From IMG/VR virus record IMGVR_UViG_3300028196_000002: 64,000 nucleotides of DNA; one strand, written 5' to 3'. Below are positions 8,696-19,370 of the stretch, piece after piece. The notes under the pieces are model-generated. The model did not search any database, had not been told where the DNA came from, and worked only from the letters and a program-made list of their open reading frames with translations. The DNA comes from an uncultured virus (IMG/VR IMGVR_UViG_3300028196_000002) (lineage: Duplodnaviria > Heunggongvirae > Uroviricota > Caudoviricetes). Every line of letters begins with the position of its first letter. The first letter of the stretch is position 1. A program made the position numbers and the translations under genes.

Positions 8696-9516
8696 GTGAC
8701 AGCTCTACCCTTCATCTGTTCCCAATCTCTTACAGTACGTACTTCATCATTAGTCGTCTCAGCTGAACTCAACACGAAGTTATTTGTTCCGAGTTCATAA
8801 GTGAGTCTAATTATTGCCGATAAGTCCTTAGGGAAACAATGACCACCAAATCCAAAGTCTCCATCATGTCCAGGTACTGACCAATGAGATTGACCTAATC
8901 TCTGATCTATAGTGGCATATTCTACTACCTTGTCATAATCAATCTCCAACTTATTACATAACTCGTACATCTCGTTTGCAAAGGAGACCTTTACAGCGAG
9001 GAACGTGTTCGTTAGGTACTTGACCATCTCGGCGTGTGTAGAACTCGTTTTAATGATCCGTGAGTTAGGGAACACTTTAGAGAAGATCTGTTTTAGGTCA
9101 GTAGTATATGGTCGGTTACCACCGAGAATTATTCTGTCTTGATTATCATAGTCTTTTACTGCATTCCTCTCGGTTAGAAACTCAGGATTAAAGACTATAT
9201 TAAGAAACTCATATTTTAGGTTTAGTTTTTCTGTGGTCCCACATATAACTGTAGATTTTAAGACGATAGTCTTAGGTGAATCAGTTATTTGATTGACCTC
9301 CTCTAAAACCTCTTCTATAATGTCAGTATTACAACTCCCATCAGTATTCATAGGAGTTGGTAGACAGACAAAGATATAATTAGAGTTTAATACTAAGTCT
9401 CTTAAAGTTGAGTTGTGATCCGATTTATATTTATCGTACGTTAGTACGTCATAATGGTTCTTAAATTTTTGGTATACTGCATTTCCGACAAAACCTTGTC
9501 CTATTACTCCTATCAT
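8692..9516 (-). CDS. UDP-glucose/GDP-mannose dehydrogenase family (short form)
   Basis: GQGFVG, CLPTP, KST, NPEFL, GFGGHCFPKD. Confidence 0.9.
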   Translation of the reverse strand: MIGVIGQGFVGNAVYQKFKNHYDVLTYDKYKSDHNSTLRDLVLNSNYIFVCLPTPMNTDGSCNTDIIEEVLEEVNQITDSPKTIVLKSTVICGTTEKLNLKYEFLNIVFNPEFLTERNAVKDYDNQDRIILGGNRPYTTDLKQIFSKVFPNSRIIKTSSTHAEMVKYLTNTFLAVKVSFANEMYELCNKLEIDYDKVVEYATIDQRLGQSHWSVPGHDGDFGFGGHCFPKDLSAIIRLTYELGTNNFVLSSAETTNDEVRTVRDWEQMKGRAVT

Positions 9517-10439
9517 ACGTAATTTCTTGTTTGTAAATATTCTTTTAAGTTTATTGTTGTGTAGTCGTCCCCTACCACTCTGTGTAGTTTTGAGGAGTCT
9601 AATCCGTAACGTCTATCGTGTCCTAATCTATCAGGTACATTATTGAACTGTACGGGTTTTTTTAATATATCTCCTATCATACGTAATATTGATTTGTTTG
9701 TATAACGATCCCCCGATCCGATATTCCATATACCGTACTCTTCCTTCATTAGTTTGAGTATCATTTTCACGTTATCTTCCACCCAAATCCATTCTCTCAC
9801 CTGACATCCGTCTCCGTAGATTGGTACGGGGATTTCTTGGTAGATACATTCCATTACCGTAGGTAAGAATTTCTCTAAGTGTTGATGGTCCCCATAATTG
9901 TTACAGGTCCTTGTGATAAGGTATGGAATACCATACGTCTTATTTGCTGAGATTACTATCTGATCCGCCGAGGATTTTGAGGCGGAATAATAAGACGATG
10001 GTTTACATACGTCCCCCTCTTTAGATAAATGGTTTAATCCATAGTGACTCTCCGTTAAGTCTCCATAAACCTCGTCCGTTGATATTTGTACGAACTTCTT
10101 CAGTTTAGTCATCCTACGTGCAACTTCTATTAAATTATACGTACCTAATATATTTGTTTGTATAAATGGTGTACCATCCTCTATAGAATTATCTACGTGT
10201 GACTCCGCCGCAAAGTTTACAATGTAATCTACATCCCCTATATCTTCGTAAGTAATGTCACATATGTCCCGCCGAACGATTCTGACCCCTTCGGGGAGTC
10301 TTTCAGGGTTGGATGCATAAGTCATTTTATCTACCACGATAATCTCATGGTTCGTCTTGTTTGTTTGGTTACGTCGGTATAATAAGTTTACAAATGAAGT
10401 ACCTATAAACCCCGCACCACCTGTGACGAGTATTTTCAT
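9513..10439 (-). CDS. rfbB: dTDP-glucose 4,6-dehydratase
   Basis: VTGGAGFIG, FAAESHVD, ISTDEVYG, YSASK, DRLGHDRRY. Confidence 0.92.
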   Translation of the reverse strand: MKILVTGGAGFIGTSFVNLLYRRNQTNKTNHEIIVVDKMTYASNPERLPEGVRIVRRDICDITYEDIGDVDYIVNFAAESHVDNSIEDGTPFIQTNILGTYNLIEVARRMTKLKKFVQISTDEVYGDLTESHYGLNHLSKEGDVCKPSSYYSASKSSADQIVISANKTYGIPYLITRTCNNYGDHQHLEKFLPTVMECIYQEIPVPIYGDGCQVREWIWVEDNVKMILKLMKEEYGIWNIGSGDRYTNKSILRMIGDILKKPVQFNNVPDRLGHDRRYGLDSSKLHRVVGDDYTTINLKEYLQTRNYV

Positions 10440-10668
10440 TAAATTTAAAAAATTACATTGTAGACTACAAAACATATATAACCACCGAATATGGTAAGTA
10501 ATATTACGTTCTCTAGTTTTATCTTATTCTTCATGGGACATTTTATTATCTACATTTATACTTAATATACGTATTATATTTATGAAAGTCCACCCCGACC
10601 TAAAAAAACCTCTCTCGACCCCTTCGGGGAGTGAATTTGTATATATTTATAATAAAACTTTATAAGTG

Positions 10669-11559
10669 ATGAAAAAAAAGACATTATTAGAAGACCTTAA
10701 AAGAATCCACACCCTAACTTATGGTGGTCAGAAGACAGATATGATTGTTGAGGGATTATTTGATGGTGATGACACGAAAGCGGATGAGGTTTCCGACGAT
10801 GTTAGTGCATTCATGGACAATCTAAAACAAAGTTCTATTAGTGGGTTATCCCAAGAAGAGAAAGGTGATATGGAATACAAGAAAACTGTTGAATCCATGC
10901 AAATATCACTAGTATTGTTAGGTTATGAGTTACCTGTACATGGTATAGACGGTTTATTTGGTCCTGAAACTGCAAGTGCGGTAAAACAATTCATGAATGA
11001 TAATCAAATAGAGGTTAGTAGTGAGGAAATGTTAATGGTTACCCCCGAAGTAATGGATTTATTAACTAAAAAAATACAAGAAAAGGGTATTAGTAGTGAA
11101 GATCTTAAAAAACACGTAAATAAACCGTTAAAACACGATGGTTCCTTAGGTGAAAAGACTGATGGTATAACAATTGCCACTTATTTAATGAAAAAGAACT
11201 ATTCTAAAGCACAATCCGCAGGTATTGCCGGTAATTTGTACGTGGAATCGGGTTATAAAACTGGTGCCATAGGGGATAACGGTACTTCTTATGGTTTAGC
11301 CCAATGGCACAAGACAAGATGGGAACGTTTGAATGAATTTTGTGAATCCGAAGGGTTAGATCCGTCAGAAGCGGAGTCTCAACTCATATATTTGGATTGG
11401 GAACTACGTACACGTGAAAAAAGAGCGTATAAAGAGTTAATGAAGACCGATACTCCTTATGATTCGGCATTTGCATTTGCAAAGTACTTTGAAAGACCAC
11501 GTAGAATAAATCCTAAGAGAATGTCTAAGGCAGAAGAGATTTATAACCGTTTACCGTAA
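10669..11559 (+). CDS. Peptidoglycan-binding domain + phage tail lysozyme
   Basis: IDGLFGPETASAV; AGIAGNLYVES...YGLAQW...FERP. Confidence 0.85.
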   Translation: MKKKTLLEDLKRIHTLTYGGQKTDMIVEGLFDGDDTKADEVSDDVSAFMDNLKQSSISGLSQEEKGDMEYKKTVESMQISLVLLGYELPVHGIDGLFGPETASAVKQFMNDNQIEVSSEEMLMVTPEVMDLLTKKIQEKGISSEDLKKHVNKPLKHDGSLGEKTDGITIATYLMKKNYSKAQSAGIAGNLYVESGYKTGAIGDNGTSYGLAQWHKTRWERLNEFCESEGLDPSEAESQLIYLDWELRTREKRAYKELMKTDTPYDSAFAFAKYFERPRRINPKRMSKAEEIYNRLP

Positions 11560-11560
11560 T

Positions 11561-11761
11561 ATGAGGGTAGTTATAACCGAAAATCAACTAAAAAACATCA
11601 TTTTAGAGAAAAAAAAGACTAAAAAAGAGGAAAAAGAGGACAAATTTGACCGTATTTCCTTCTATTTGGACTTTTATAAGAACTTAACACCTGATGAATT
11701 TGACATATGTAAGAAGGGTGATGAGATTATCATAACAATACCGCATAAAAAAGAGGACTAA
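11561..11761 (+). CDS. Small late protein, TExQL N-terminus
   Basis: MRVVITENQL. Confidence 0.7.
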   Translation: MRVVITENQLKNIILEKKKTKKEEKEDKFDRISFYLDFYKNLTPDEFDICKKGDEIIITIPHKKED

Positions 11762-11795
11762 TGTCCTCTTCATTATAAAGAATAACTTTTTTCAG

Positions 11796-12095
11796 TTATT
11801 CCTTTGATTTAGGTTTCCTACCTTTTCTTGATTTACCTTTTACGGCATCGATCACATCTCCTGTTTGGTTAGTTAAGTTTTTTGCTGCCTCAGTAACATC
11901 ACTTAATTCTTCCTTTACTCGTTTAGCTCTACGCTTAACTTCTTTAACAGTGTCTTTCACATCTTCGACTTTGTCTTCGACAACGTCAGGGATATAGTCA
12001 TTGTCTTCATCCTTGATCTTACCTTTCTTGATAAGGATAACTACTACTCCCGCTCCAATTGCTAATAGCAATAAAATAATTAAAAGTGTTTTCAT
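11796..12095 (-). CDS. Membrane-anchored coiled-coil protein
   Basis: N-terminal TM helix, basic C-terminus. Confidence 0.7.
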   Translation of the reverse strand: MKTLLIILLLLAIGAGVVVILIKKGKIKDEDNDYIPDVVEDKVEDVKDTVKEVKRRAKRVKEELSDVTEAAKNLTNQTGDVIDAVKGKSRKGRKPKSKE

Positions 12096-12215
12096 AAACT
12101 TGATTTTAGTAAAAAGTACGAACAAATTTATAAAATGTCAAGTATTAATGAAAAATACCGACTAATATTAGATAAACTATGTAATTGTATATGTTATTTC
12201 AGTATACTTATTAAT

Positions 12216-13142
12216 ATGAGACACATTCTAATATTAATATCATTCGCGCTACTAACGACAAGTTGCGGGACTTTTAAAGTATCAACATTGAACTACGACC
12301 CAATCTACGATTCAAATGGAAACGAGATAGAGGTTACAGTAATTAAATCACAAGGTCAGTTCGATAGATTACTTAGAACAGATTTTACATTCAGATATAA
12401 TTACGCACAGTATGCACTAAGTCAACCCCGATCATTTGATTGGAACAACAGGGTGTTAGGTTATAGAAATAACTTTTACAACCCATATGGTTTTAATATG
12501 TGGGGTACTTCTTATTGGAATAGAGATCAAATGTGGAATGACTGGGTATGGGGTTATACTGGTTGGAATTCTTGGGGTTCGCCACATAGATGGTCACCAT
12601 TCGGATACGATAGATGGGGATATAATATACATTATGGTTGGAATAACCATGGATGGGGATACAACGGATACTACGGTAATGGTTGGAATAACTATTATGG
12701 TAATGGATGGAATAACTATTATGGTCAAAATAATTGGTACGGAAGACGAGGTAGAAACAATGTATCATACGTCAATGGACGAAGAGGTAGTACTATGAGT
12801 ATACGAGATAGAATAGGTCAATCATCAATGATTCAGTCAACTAAACCGAGAACCATTAAGAATAATAATGATGTGGTTATTGATAAGGAAATAATTAAAC
12901 TTAGGAGAAATAACCCTAACATTAGGATCATAAACAACCCACCGAATAATAACACAAAACCAAGAGGTTATAGTAGGCCAGAACTTAACAATAATAACAG
13001 GAATAATAATAACACAAGACCTGTCATTAGAAACAATAGTAGACCTAACACAAATACAAGATCAAATAATAATGTAACACCTACCCGAGTAACTCCACAA
13101 AGAAGTAGTGGTGGGCCGGTAAGGATTAAACGAAATCAGTAA
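12216..13142 (+). CDS. Lipoprotein with G/N/Y/W-rich low-complexity region
   Basis: LLTTSC lipobox; repeated GNGWNNYY; N/R/P-rich tail. Confidence 0.75.
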   Translation: MRHILILISFALLTTSCGTFKVSTLNYDPIYDSNGNEIEVTVIKSQGQFDRLLRTDFTFRYNYAQYALSQPRSFDWNNRVLGYRNNFYNPYGFNMWGTSYWNRDQMWNDWVWGYTGWNSWGSPHRWSPFGYDRWGYNIHYGWNNHGWGYNGYYGNGWNNYYGNGWNNYYGQNNWYGRRGRNNVSYVNGRRGSTMSIRDRIGQSSMIQSTKPRTIKNNNDVVIDKEIIKLRRNNPNIRIINNPPNNNTKPRGYSRPELNNNNRNNNNTRPVIRNNSRPNTNTRSNNNVTPTRVTPQRSSGGPVRIKRNQ

Positions 13143-13144
13143 GT

Positions 13145-13492
13145 ATGTTTAGTCGACCTGTATTATTTATACTCATGAGTATGTTACCATTCATAATGTT
13201 TGGTCAAATGTGGAAAGAGAAAGATAAACATTACCATTACGGTGCCGGTGTAGTTGTATCCGCAATAACATACGAGTATGTCTATAGGAAAACCGATAAC
13301 AAAAATAAGGCACTAATATATTCATTAGGTTCCACCCTGTTAGTTGGTACTTTAAAAGAGTTGGTTGATCACAATCAAACGGGAAATAGATTTGACGGTA
13401 GAGATTTATTAGCAACCACTTATGGTGGATTAACCGTCGGGTTTACATTTACTTTATTTAGAAAAAACAAGCGTCCTAAACAGAGAAAGTAG
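13145..13492 (+). CDS. YfiM/DUF2279-like membrane protein
   Basis: DKxxH, KELxD and DxxDLLA pattern with TM helices. Confidence 0.6.
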   Translation: MFSRPVLFILMSMLPFIMFGQMWKEKDKHYHYGAGVVVSAITYEYVYRKTDNKNKALIYSLGSTLLVGTLKELVDHNQTGNRFDGRDLLATTYGGLTVGFTFTLFRKNKRPKQRK

Positions 13493-13504
13493 ATATTTAT
13501 TAAT

Positions 13505-14113
13505 ATGAATGTAACTATAACAGAAAAACAACTCAAAAACCTGACTCAGGGATTATCTGAAGATTTAGACTATCATAAAGTCAGTGATGCATCACCTGAA
13601 AAAGACAACTATATTATGTCTCAAAAAAACGAAGAAGATGATGTAGATGAGGGTAGTCGAACACTCGCAAGAACACGTAAGAAAAGATTATTTTCTAAGG
13701 CGGAGATTATGGCAAACCCTAATAGATACAAACTACACGATAAAAAATTAAAAGGACTTAATGAGTCGGAAGTTCTAAAATACACAAACCCACTATCAGC
13801 AGAAATATCAAAAAGTTTAGATAAGAGAGGTAAGAACGGTAAACCAAGACAAAATATTTTTAAAATTATTACAAATAATACAACAAGATACTACTCCATA
13901 GTAGGAGATACTCTTATTACGGGTAAAAATAACTTAAACTTCAAAAGTGTAGTCAAGAAAAGTAACGGAGACATGATTTTTTATAGATATGTCAAAGGCG
14001 GTACAGAACCTCACAAAATAGACTTCAGTAAAATGAAAGATGTCTTGATGAGAATGTCTAAAGGACAATCCAAAATAAGTCCGGGTTTCGGTATATATTT
14101 TTACAAAGTTTAA
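13505..14113 (+). CDS. Late protein, TExQL N-terminus
   Basis: MNVTITEKQL; late box at 13494. Confidence 0.75.
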   Translation: MNVTITEKQLKNLTQGLSEDLDYHKVSDASPEKDNYIMSQKNEEDDVDEGSRTLARTRKKRLFSKAEIMANPNRYKLHDKKLKGLNESEVLKYTNPLSAEISKSLDKRGKNGKPRQNIFKIITNNTTRYYSIVGDTLITGKNNLNFKSVVKKSNGDMIFYRYVKGGTEPHKIDFSKMKDVLMRMSKGQSKISPGFGIYFYKV

Positions 14114-14115
14114 TA

Positions 14116-14613
14116 CTAAATAGAATAGGTAATTACACTTATTTCTTTTACAATAATATTACCTTCAGAATCATTAACTAACTCCATTTCAACATCTTCA
14201 TCGATACCGATCATACCTTTTGGTTCCTCGTTTTGATAATCTGTTGAATCCCAATCAACCTTAATTGTAATATACTCTTCAGTAGGGTCTTCACTACCTT
14301 CAGGGTAATAAACAACCTCAACATCAAGTTCTTCAGGACCTTGTACGTCATAAACTGACATACTTTTAATACCCCAACTACGATGTTCTTGATCGATTCT
14401 AAAACTTAATGTATATTCTAAACCATACCCAATATCTTCAATCTCTTGACCGTTAAATTTTAAATCAGATGCATAGTTGAAATCTATTTTACATTTCATT
14501 TCATATCTGTCATCATTGATTGCTTCATTAATCTCGGTAGACTCTAAACCTTCAGTAGAAACATATTCTGTTACTTTGCTCATTTGTTCTGTTGTTAAGA
14601 CAATTTTCTTCAT
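14116..14613 (-). CDS. Acidic late protein, TxxQ N-terminus
   Basis: MKKIVLTTEQM; late box upstream. Confidence 0.75.
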   Translation of the reverse strand: MKKIVLTTEQMSKVTEYVSTEGLESTEINEAINDDRYEMKCKIDFNYASDLKFNGQEIEDIGYGLEYTLSFRIDQEHRSWGIKSMSVYDVQGPEELDVEVVYYPEGSEDPTEEYITIKVDWDSTDYQNEEPKGMIGIDEDVEMELVNDSEGNIIVKEISVITYSI

Positions 14614-14745
14614 TGTATGGTTGTTTTTATTATAAATATATGGGTTTTACTATTTATCTGTCCATCTTTATAATTCAAATATAAAAAGAATTATTTGGAT
14701 ATTACAAAAATATTATAGTATATTTGTTATAAGTTATTAAACGAT

Positions 14746-15060
14746 ATGAGTTATATAATTGGAAAACCTTGTGTAAGTGTGTGTGATACTGTTTGTGTCG
14801 ATGTTTGTCCCGTTGATTGTATTCACGGACCTATAGATATGGAAGGTATGGGATCGGAGGTAACTGAAATGTCAAAAGAACAATTAAAAGATAAACAACT
14901 ATTCATTAATCCTGAAGAATGTATTTTATGTGGTGCATGTCTACCCGAATGTCCTGTAGATGCAATATATGAAGACGAGGAGGAATCGATATCCGTTGAG
15001 GGTGACGATGAATCCGTTAAAAAGAACTACGAATTTTTCGGATTTAAATATAATAACTAA
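14746..15060 (+). CDS. Dicluster Fe-S ferredoxin (FdxA-like)
   Basis: CxxxCxxxCxxxCPxDC and CxxCxxCxxxCP; TATATTTG promoter upstream. Confidence 0.9.
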   Translation: MSYIIGKPCVSVCDTVCVDVCPVDCIHGPIDMEGMGSEVTEMSKEQLKDKQLFINPEECILCGACLPECPVDAIYEDEEESISVEGDDESVKKNYEFFGFKYNN

Positions 15061-15071
15061 AATAAAATATC

Positions 15072-15671
15072 ATGAAACCTATTTTAAAAATATCATTAAT
15101 CGTATGTTGCGCTTTACTTACGGCAACATCATTCACAAATAAGTTTAAGAGAAGTGTAATAGAACCGACAGTTTTAGAGATAAAACCCGTGGGGTTATTA
15201 GATATGGATGTTGAGTATTCATTACCTGTAATTACTGAAATAATAAAACCAAATCAAACAGAGATGTTCTTAGAGGCCGTCGGTTTTAAAGAATCGGGTA
15301 ATCGATATGACATAGTTAATAAGTTTGGTTATATGGGTCGATATCAGTTCGGTAGAGGGACTTTAAAGGGTTTAGGGTATAAACTGACACAAGAGGAGTT
15401 TTTAAACTCACCAGAGGTACAGGAAAGGGCAATGATGGACCTTTTAAAACATAATAAGAAGAAACTACAAAAATATATAGACAAGTACGAAGGCGATACT
15501 GTTCATGGTGTTTATATAACAGAGTCGGGTGTTTTAGCCGCGGCTCATTTAGGAGGTCAGGGCAACGTAAAAAAATTCTTTAGACGAGGTAAAAAGTTTA
15601 AAGATGGGTTTGGTACAGGTATAACGACCTATATGGAAAAATTCGCGGGATATGATCTTGAATTATATTAA
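15072..15671 (+). CDS. Secreted lysozyme-like / lytic transglycosylase-like protein
   Basis: Signal peptide; KESG...GRYQF...LAAAHLGG. Confidence 0.7.
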   Translation: MKPILKISLIVCCALLTATSFTNKFKRSVIEPTVLEIKPVGLLDMDVEYSLPVITEIIKPNQTEMFLEAVGFKESGNRYDIVNKFGYMGRYQFGRGTLKGLGYKLTQEEFLNSPEVQERAMMDLLKHNKKKLQKYIDKYEGDTVHGVYITESGVLAAAHLGGQGNVKKFFRRGKKFKDGFGTGITTYMEKFAGYDLELY

Positions 15672-17371
15672 GAAATAGGACCTGTAGATTTATCCTCTAA
15701 ACTATCGTAATCCTTGTCGAAATCCATACCATCACTATCCAAATCTATCCATGCTGGTTCTGCTTGAGTTTTCCATGTATTGTGTGAGAATATTAGAATA
15801 CCTGAACTTCCATCACCTGGATCAAGAATATAAAAATTAGTGTTATCGTCGACACTTTGACTTTTAGAATATACTCCAAGAATGTATTGAGGAGGTAGAT
15901 CACCTGAACTTATTTTAGATGAGCCATCTTCACTATCTTTATTAAAATCAAATACACCATAACCTTGTTCAGATGTTATCTCAAAATAATCAGGACCATA
16001 GGTGATGTTGTTAAGTTTTGACCAACTACCTCTCTTAGCATCGAATATACCGAACTTACCTGAATTATTATCTTGTACGACTTTAATATCTTTATCTTGT
16101 TGAGATATAAACATAATACTGAAAGTACTTAACATTAGTGATGTTAGTATATCACCCACACTAGATCCCGATCTCTCAAGTCTCTGAACTAAATAATCAC
16201 TAACCGACTTACTTCTTTTCTTTAACAAATAAATAAAAGTGTCGTACTCTTTAATGACATCAGTTGGGTTACCTTGATCTAAATGTACTTCAAAATATAA
16301 TCTTACATCTTGATCAGACAGTGAATTAAAAGAACGTATTTTGTGAAGTTCACCACCTCTATTGATAAATACCCTTTTAAGTTCAGGGTCTTGAATAACG
16401 AAATCGTATTCACTATTAGGTTCCTCAGTTATTCTACGTATTTTTCTATCTAAATCATCAACCTTAAGGTCCATTTCTTTAGACTCATCAAATCTTTCAA
16501 AACTTAGTTTATCTAATGCACCCTCCGCCCTCAATTGTGGGTATATGTGTAATAAAGATTTCGCCTCGTCATCAGGATCGTCAATTGAAATTAACTTATC
16601 GTGATTCGTATTTGATCCATTTGTAAGTCTGAAAGGGAAACCATTTTCCGAATTCTCTAATTTCTGTAATGCGCCTAAATGAAATTCATTGTCCGCTGAT
16701 TTCGTTTCGTCAATAACGAAATAGAATGTTCTTGCGGGTGTGCGACTTCTATAACTTTGCCAAAGATTGGACATACTGTCCTCACCTTTAAAATTTGTTA
16801 CACACCATTTATTAGAGGTACTAAAATTTTCGGCAGCTAACTCCTTTTGATAGAATCCAAAAGAAACTGAATCTCTTTGTGTCTTAGGTTTATATATCCT
16901 AAAACCATTTCCATCATCATGTATCTTAAATTGGTTACCGAACCACAATTTTTTGGATTCTTCAGCCCATTCTTTTTTACCATTTTTAGGATCTTCAAAA
17001 AAGTATGATTTTTTCTTAGTACCAATACCTATCCCAAACTGAGCAAATAGAGTACTAATTTGTGGAAAACTATAAGCGACAATGTCTTTAAGTTTATTTG
17101 GTAGGAATTCGTCTCTCCCATTTTGACCATTGTACTTTTGAAGAAAAGATACTATTTCAGGTCTTTTAAGACTATTTAATTGGTCCTTTAAAGGTTTAAT
17201 TCTATTTCCTTCATCATCAGTTCCACCCATAAATCTACTAAATATAAATTCAGTTATTTCGGGAGTAACTCTATCATCCTGACTATTCCACTTTTGGTGT
17301 AGGGCATTAAGAAGTTTTTTGTTTTTAACTTCTTCGACAATTAGGTCGTACATTATACTTTTAAAATCCAT
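15668..17371 (-). CDS. Large hypothetical late protein
   Basis: 567 aa; KWCVT...FYFVID segment; late box upstream. Confidence 0.75.
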   Translation of the reverse strand: MDFKSIMYDLIVEEVKNKKLLNALHQKWNSQDDRVTPEITEFIFSRFMGGTDDEGNRIKPLKDQLNSLKRPEIVSFLQKYNGQNGRDEFLPNKLKDIVAYSFPQISTLFAQFGIGIGTKKKSYFFEDPKNGKKEWAEESKKLWFGNQFKIHDDGNGFRIYKPKTQRDSVSFGFYQKELAAENFSTSNKWCVTNFKGEDSMSNLWQSYRSRTPARTFYFVIDETKSADNEFHLGALQKLENSENGFPFRLTNGSNTNHDKLISIDDPDDEAKSLLHIYPQLRAEGALDKLSFERFDESKEMDLKVDDLDRKIRRITEEPNSEYDFVIQDPELKRVFINRGGELHKIRSFNSLSDQDVRLYFEVHLDQGNPTDVIKEYDTFIYLLKKRSKSVSDYLVQRLERSGSSVGDILTSLMLSTFSIMFISQQDKDIKVVQDNNSGKFGIFDAKRGSWSKLNNITYGPDYFEITSEQGYGVFDFNKDSEDGSSKISSGDLPPQYILGVYSKSQSVDDNTNFYILDPGDGSSGILIFSHNTWKTQAEPAWIDLDSDGMDFDKDYDSLEDKSTGPIS

Positions 17372-17405
17372 ATAAGAAATGTTTTCTTATATAAATATAT
17401 GGGTT

Positions 17406-17774
17406 TTAAGTTATAGTCGACGGTAATTGAGTTGAGATTGATAATTTAATCTCATCAATTTCATCTAATGCAGTTTTAAGAGTTCTTTCGACTAACATTA
17501 GTTTCATAATGACCTCCGCGTTTGGGTTAGAGTGTTCACTTATAAGATTATTTAAAACCATATTTTTAACCACTTCCTCATTATGAGAAACCTTAAGTCT
17601 ATTCTTCTTTCTCTGATGATATTTTCTTGAATTTTCTTTAGTACAGGAGACACAATAGATACTGTGACCATCGTTCATTCTCTTGTTCTTGTAAAACTCT
17701 GTTAGTGATAAATCTTCTTGACAACCACTACATTTTTTCATATCTTTTTTCATATTCTTTATTATAATATTCAA
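17406..17774 (-). CDS. Zinc-ribbon protein
   Basis: CSGC...FYKN...CVSC then coiled coil; start uncertain. Confidence 0.65.
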   Translation of the reverse strand: MNIIIKNMKKDMKKCSGCQEDLSLTEFYKNKRMNDGHSIYCVSCTKENSRKYHQRKKNRLKVSHNEEVVKNMVLNNLISEHSNPNAEVIMKLMLVERTLKTALDEIDEIKLSISTQLPSTIT

Positions 17775-17823
17775 AATTACTTTTACAAAAGTATGTATTA
17801 ATTAGGATATAACCAAATACATT

Positions 17824-18390
17824 ATGGAAAAACTTTTATTTAAACAAGGGTATTATTCAGTATATGAAGTAACTGTCAGGAGTAAAACTAAGTATAGGGT
17901 CGATAGTGGGAAGACATTATTTGTTGCAAGATTTAATAAGTATATTCCAAATCCATATCGTGATATTAAGGATTTCACATCATTAACTAAGGCCAAGGAA
18001 TATGTTTCTAAAAAATTAAAGAAGAGTAAATCGGTAAAGAAAAAGAAATTAGATAAAGTACCTAAGTCTTTGTATTTAGTTTTGTTAAAAGAAGAGAAGT
18101 CAGGTAAGACATTTGTTAAAGTGGGTATAACCTCAAAAAGATTTATAATGAGACGATTCTCTAAAAAATACGGATATGAAGGGTATACGTTAGAGTCCAT
18201 CCTTCGTAGGTTAGATACCCCACTGGCCGAGAGATTGGAGGGAAGTATTAAACTTACCCTAAAAAAGAAAAGATCCGTAAAAAGTTACAGACCTTTGTTA
18301 GAAAATTTTGGTGGTTACACTGAATGTTACGAATATGGATCTTTAGAAACCATATTAAAAGTGTTTGATTCGGCGACTAAAAATGTTTAG
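17824..18390 (+). CDS. GIY-YIG / T5orf172-like nuclease-domain protein
   Basis: LYLV...VKVGITS...R...LE...GYTE. Confidence 0.55.
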   Translation: MEKLLFKQGYYSVYEVTVRSKTKYRVDSGKTLFVARFNKYIPNPYRDIKDFTSLTKAKEYVSKKLKKSKSVKKKKLDKVPKSLYLVLLKEEKSGKTFVKVGITSKRFIMRRFSKKYGYEGYTLESILRRLDTPLAERLEGSIKLTLKKKRSVKSYRPLLENFGGYTECYEYGSLETILKVFDSATKNV

Positions 18391-18737
18391 CCTATACCTA
18401 ACCAACCTAAGAATTTATCAATGATATCACCGTGTTGAGATTTACAAGATTTCATTATCTCAATCTCTTTCTCAGTTAATTTTGATGCTGTGTTTGGACC
18501 CCATACGCCGTCTACAGGGTATAATCCTTTTTTACTTTGGAAGTTTTCGATTGCAACCTTTGTTCCGTCACCATGTAGTCCATCTACTTTAAGTTTAGCA
18601 CCCATAGATTTATTTAAGAAACATTGTACTGCCTTCTTAAAGTTTTTTTCTTCCGTCTGTTCGGTCACTAATTTCTCTTCAACAACGTTGTCAAGAATTT
18701 TTTTCATTTGACCTTCTGTAAAAATATATTTTTTCAT
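18387..18737 (-). CDS. Peptidoglycan-binding domain protein, TExQ N-terminus
   Basis: VDGLHGDGT...FQ...VDGVWGPNT. Confidence 0.8.
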   Translation of the reverse strand: MKKYIFTEGQMKKILDNVVEEKLVTEQTEEKNFKKAVQCFLNKSMGAKLKVDGLHGDGTKVAIENFQSKKGLYPVDGVWGPNTASKLTEKEIEIMKSCKSQHGDIIDKFLGWLGIG

Positions 18738-18749
18738 ATTATATAAGTA

Positions 18750-19370
18750 TCACTTTAAAAAGTTTGATAGATATCCACCGATACGTTCTGCACGTTGGTT
18801 GAGGAGTATTAACTCTTTTTTCGTTAATTTATTTTTCTTAAGGTAATCAATACCAATAGTACCAATACATTTATTAGTTGCTATGTCGTATAGTGCAACT
18901 GCGTATGTGGAAACTGTCCCTGTACTTTCCGCAGCCCCTTTAAGACCGTATGTCGCGACTTTAGGGTCATTAAAATCGGTTATGTATAAATGACCTTCGT
19001 TCATTAATTGGTGGGTAGACCTCTGATATAAACTTATTGGTATGTTTGAGAAGATGTGACCCACGTTACTGACCCCTGGAGAACAACTCTCATACATAAC
19101 AGAGAATTTTTGAATAGATTTATTGGTAAGTAGATAGTGTCCACCGTTGTGATACATTTTTACCCAAACTCGATCCCCTTCCAACGTGATTCTAATGTCA
19201 TCTAATTCATCCAAAATCGTCGCAGATTGCACGACTTCATTTTTTATAGGATCTATTGTACCTTTTTTCCTTAACCTTGATTTAACGATCTCAACGATTG
19301 TTGGACCTAACACTGCGGTAATGACCGCGACAATTATAACTCCTATCATTTCTAATGTATGTGAATCCAT
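18750..19370 (-). CDS. Single-TM + GAF-like domain protein (holin candidate)
   Basis: N-terminal TM; DRVW..YHNGG...IGTIGIDY; late box upstream. Confidence 0.5.
   Translation of the reverse strand: MDSHTLEMIGVIIVAVITAVLGPTIVEIVKSRLRKKGTIDPIKNEVVQSATILDELDDIRITLEGDRVWVKMYHNGGHYLLTNKSIQKFSVMYESCSPGVSNVGHIFSNIPISLYQRSTHQLMNEGHLYITDFNDPKVATYGLKGAAESTGTVSTYAVALYDIATNKCIGTIGIDYLKKNKLTKKELILLNQRAERIGGYLSNFLK

Noticed and set aside
17406..17774. HNH homing endonuclease
   Set aside because: Only the N-terminal Zn-ribbon is present; no HNH catalytic motif
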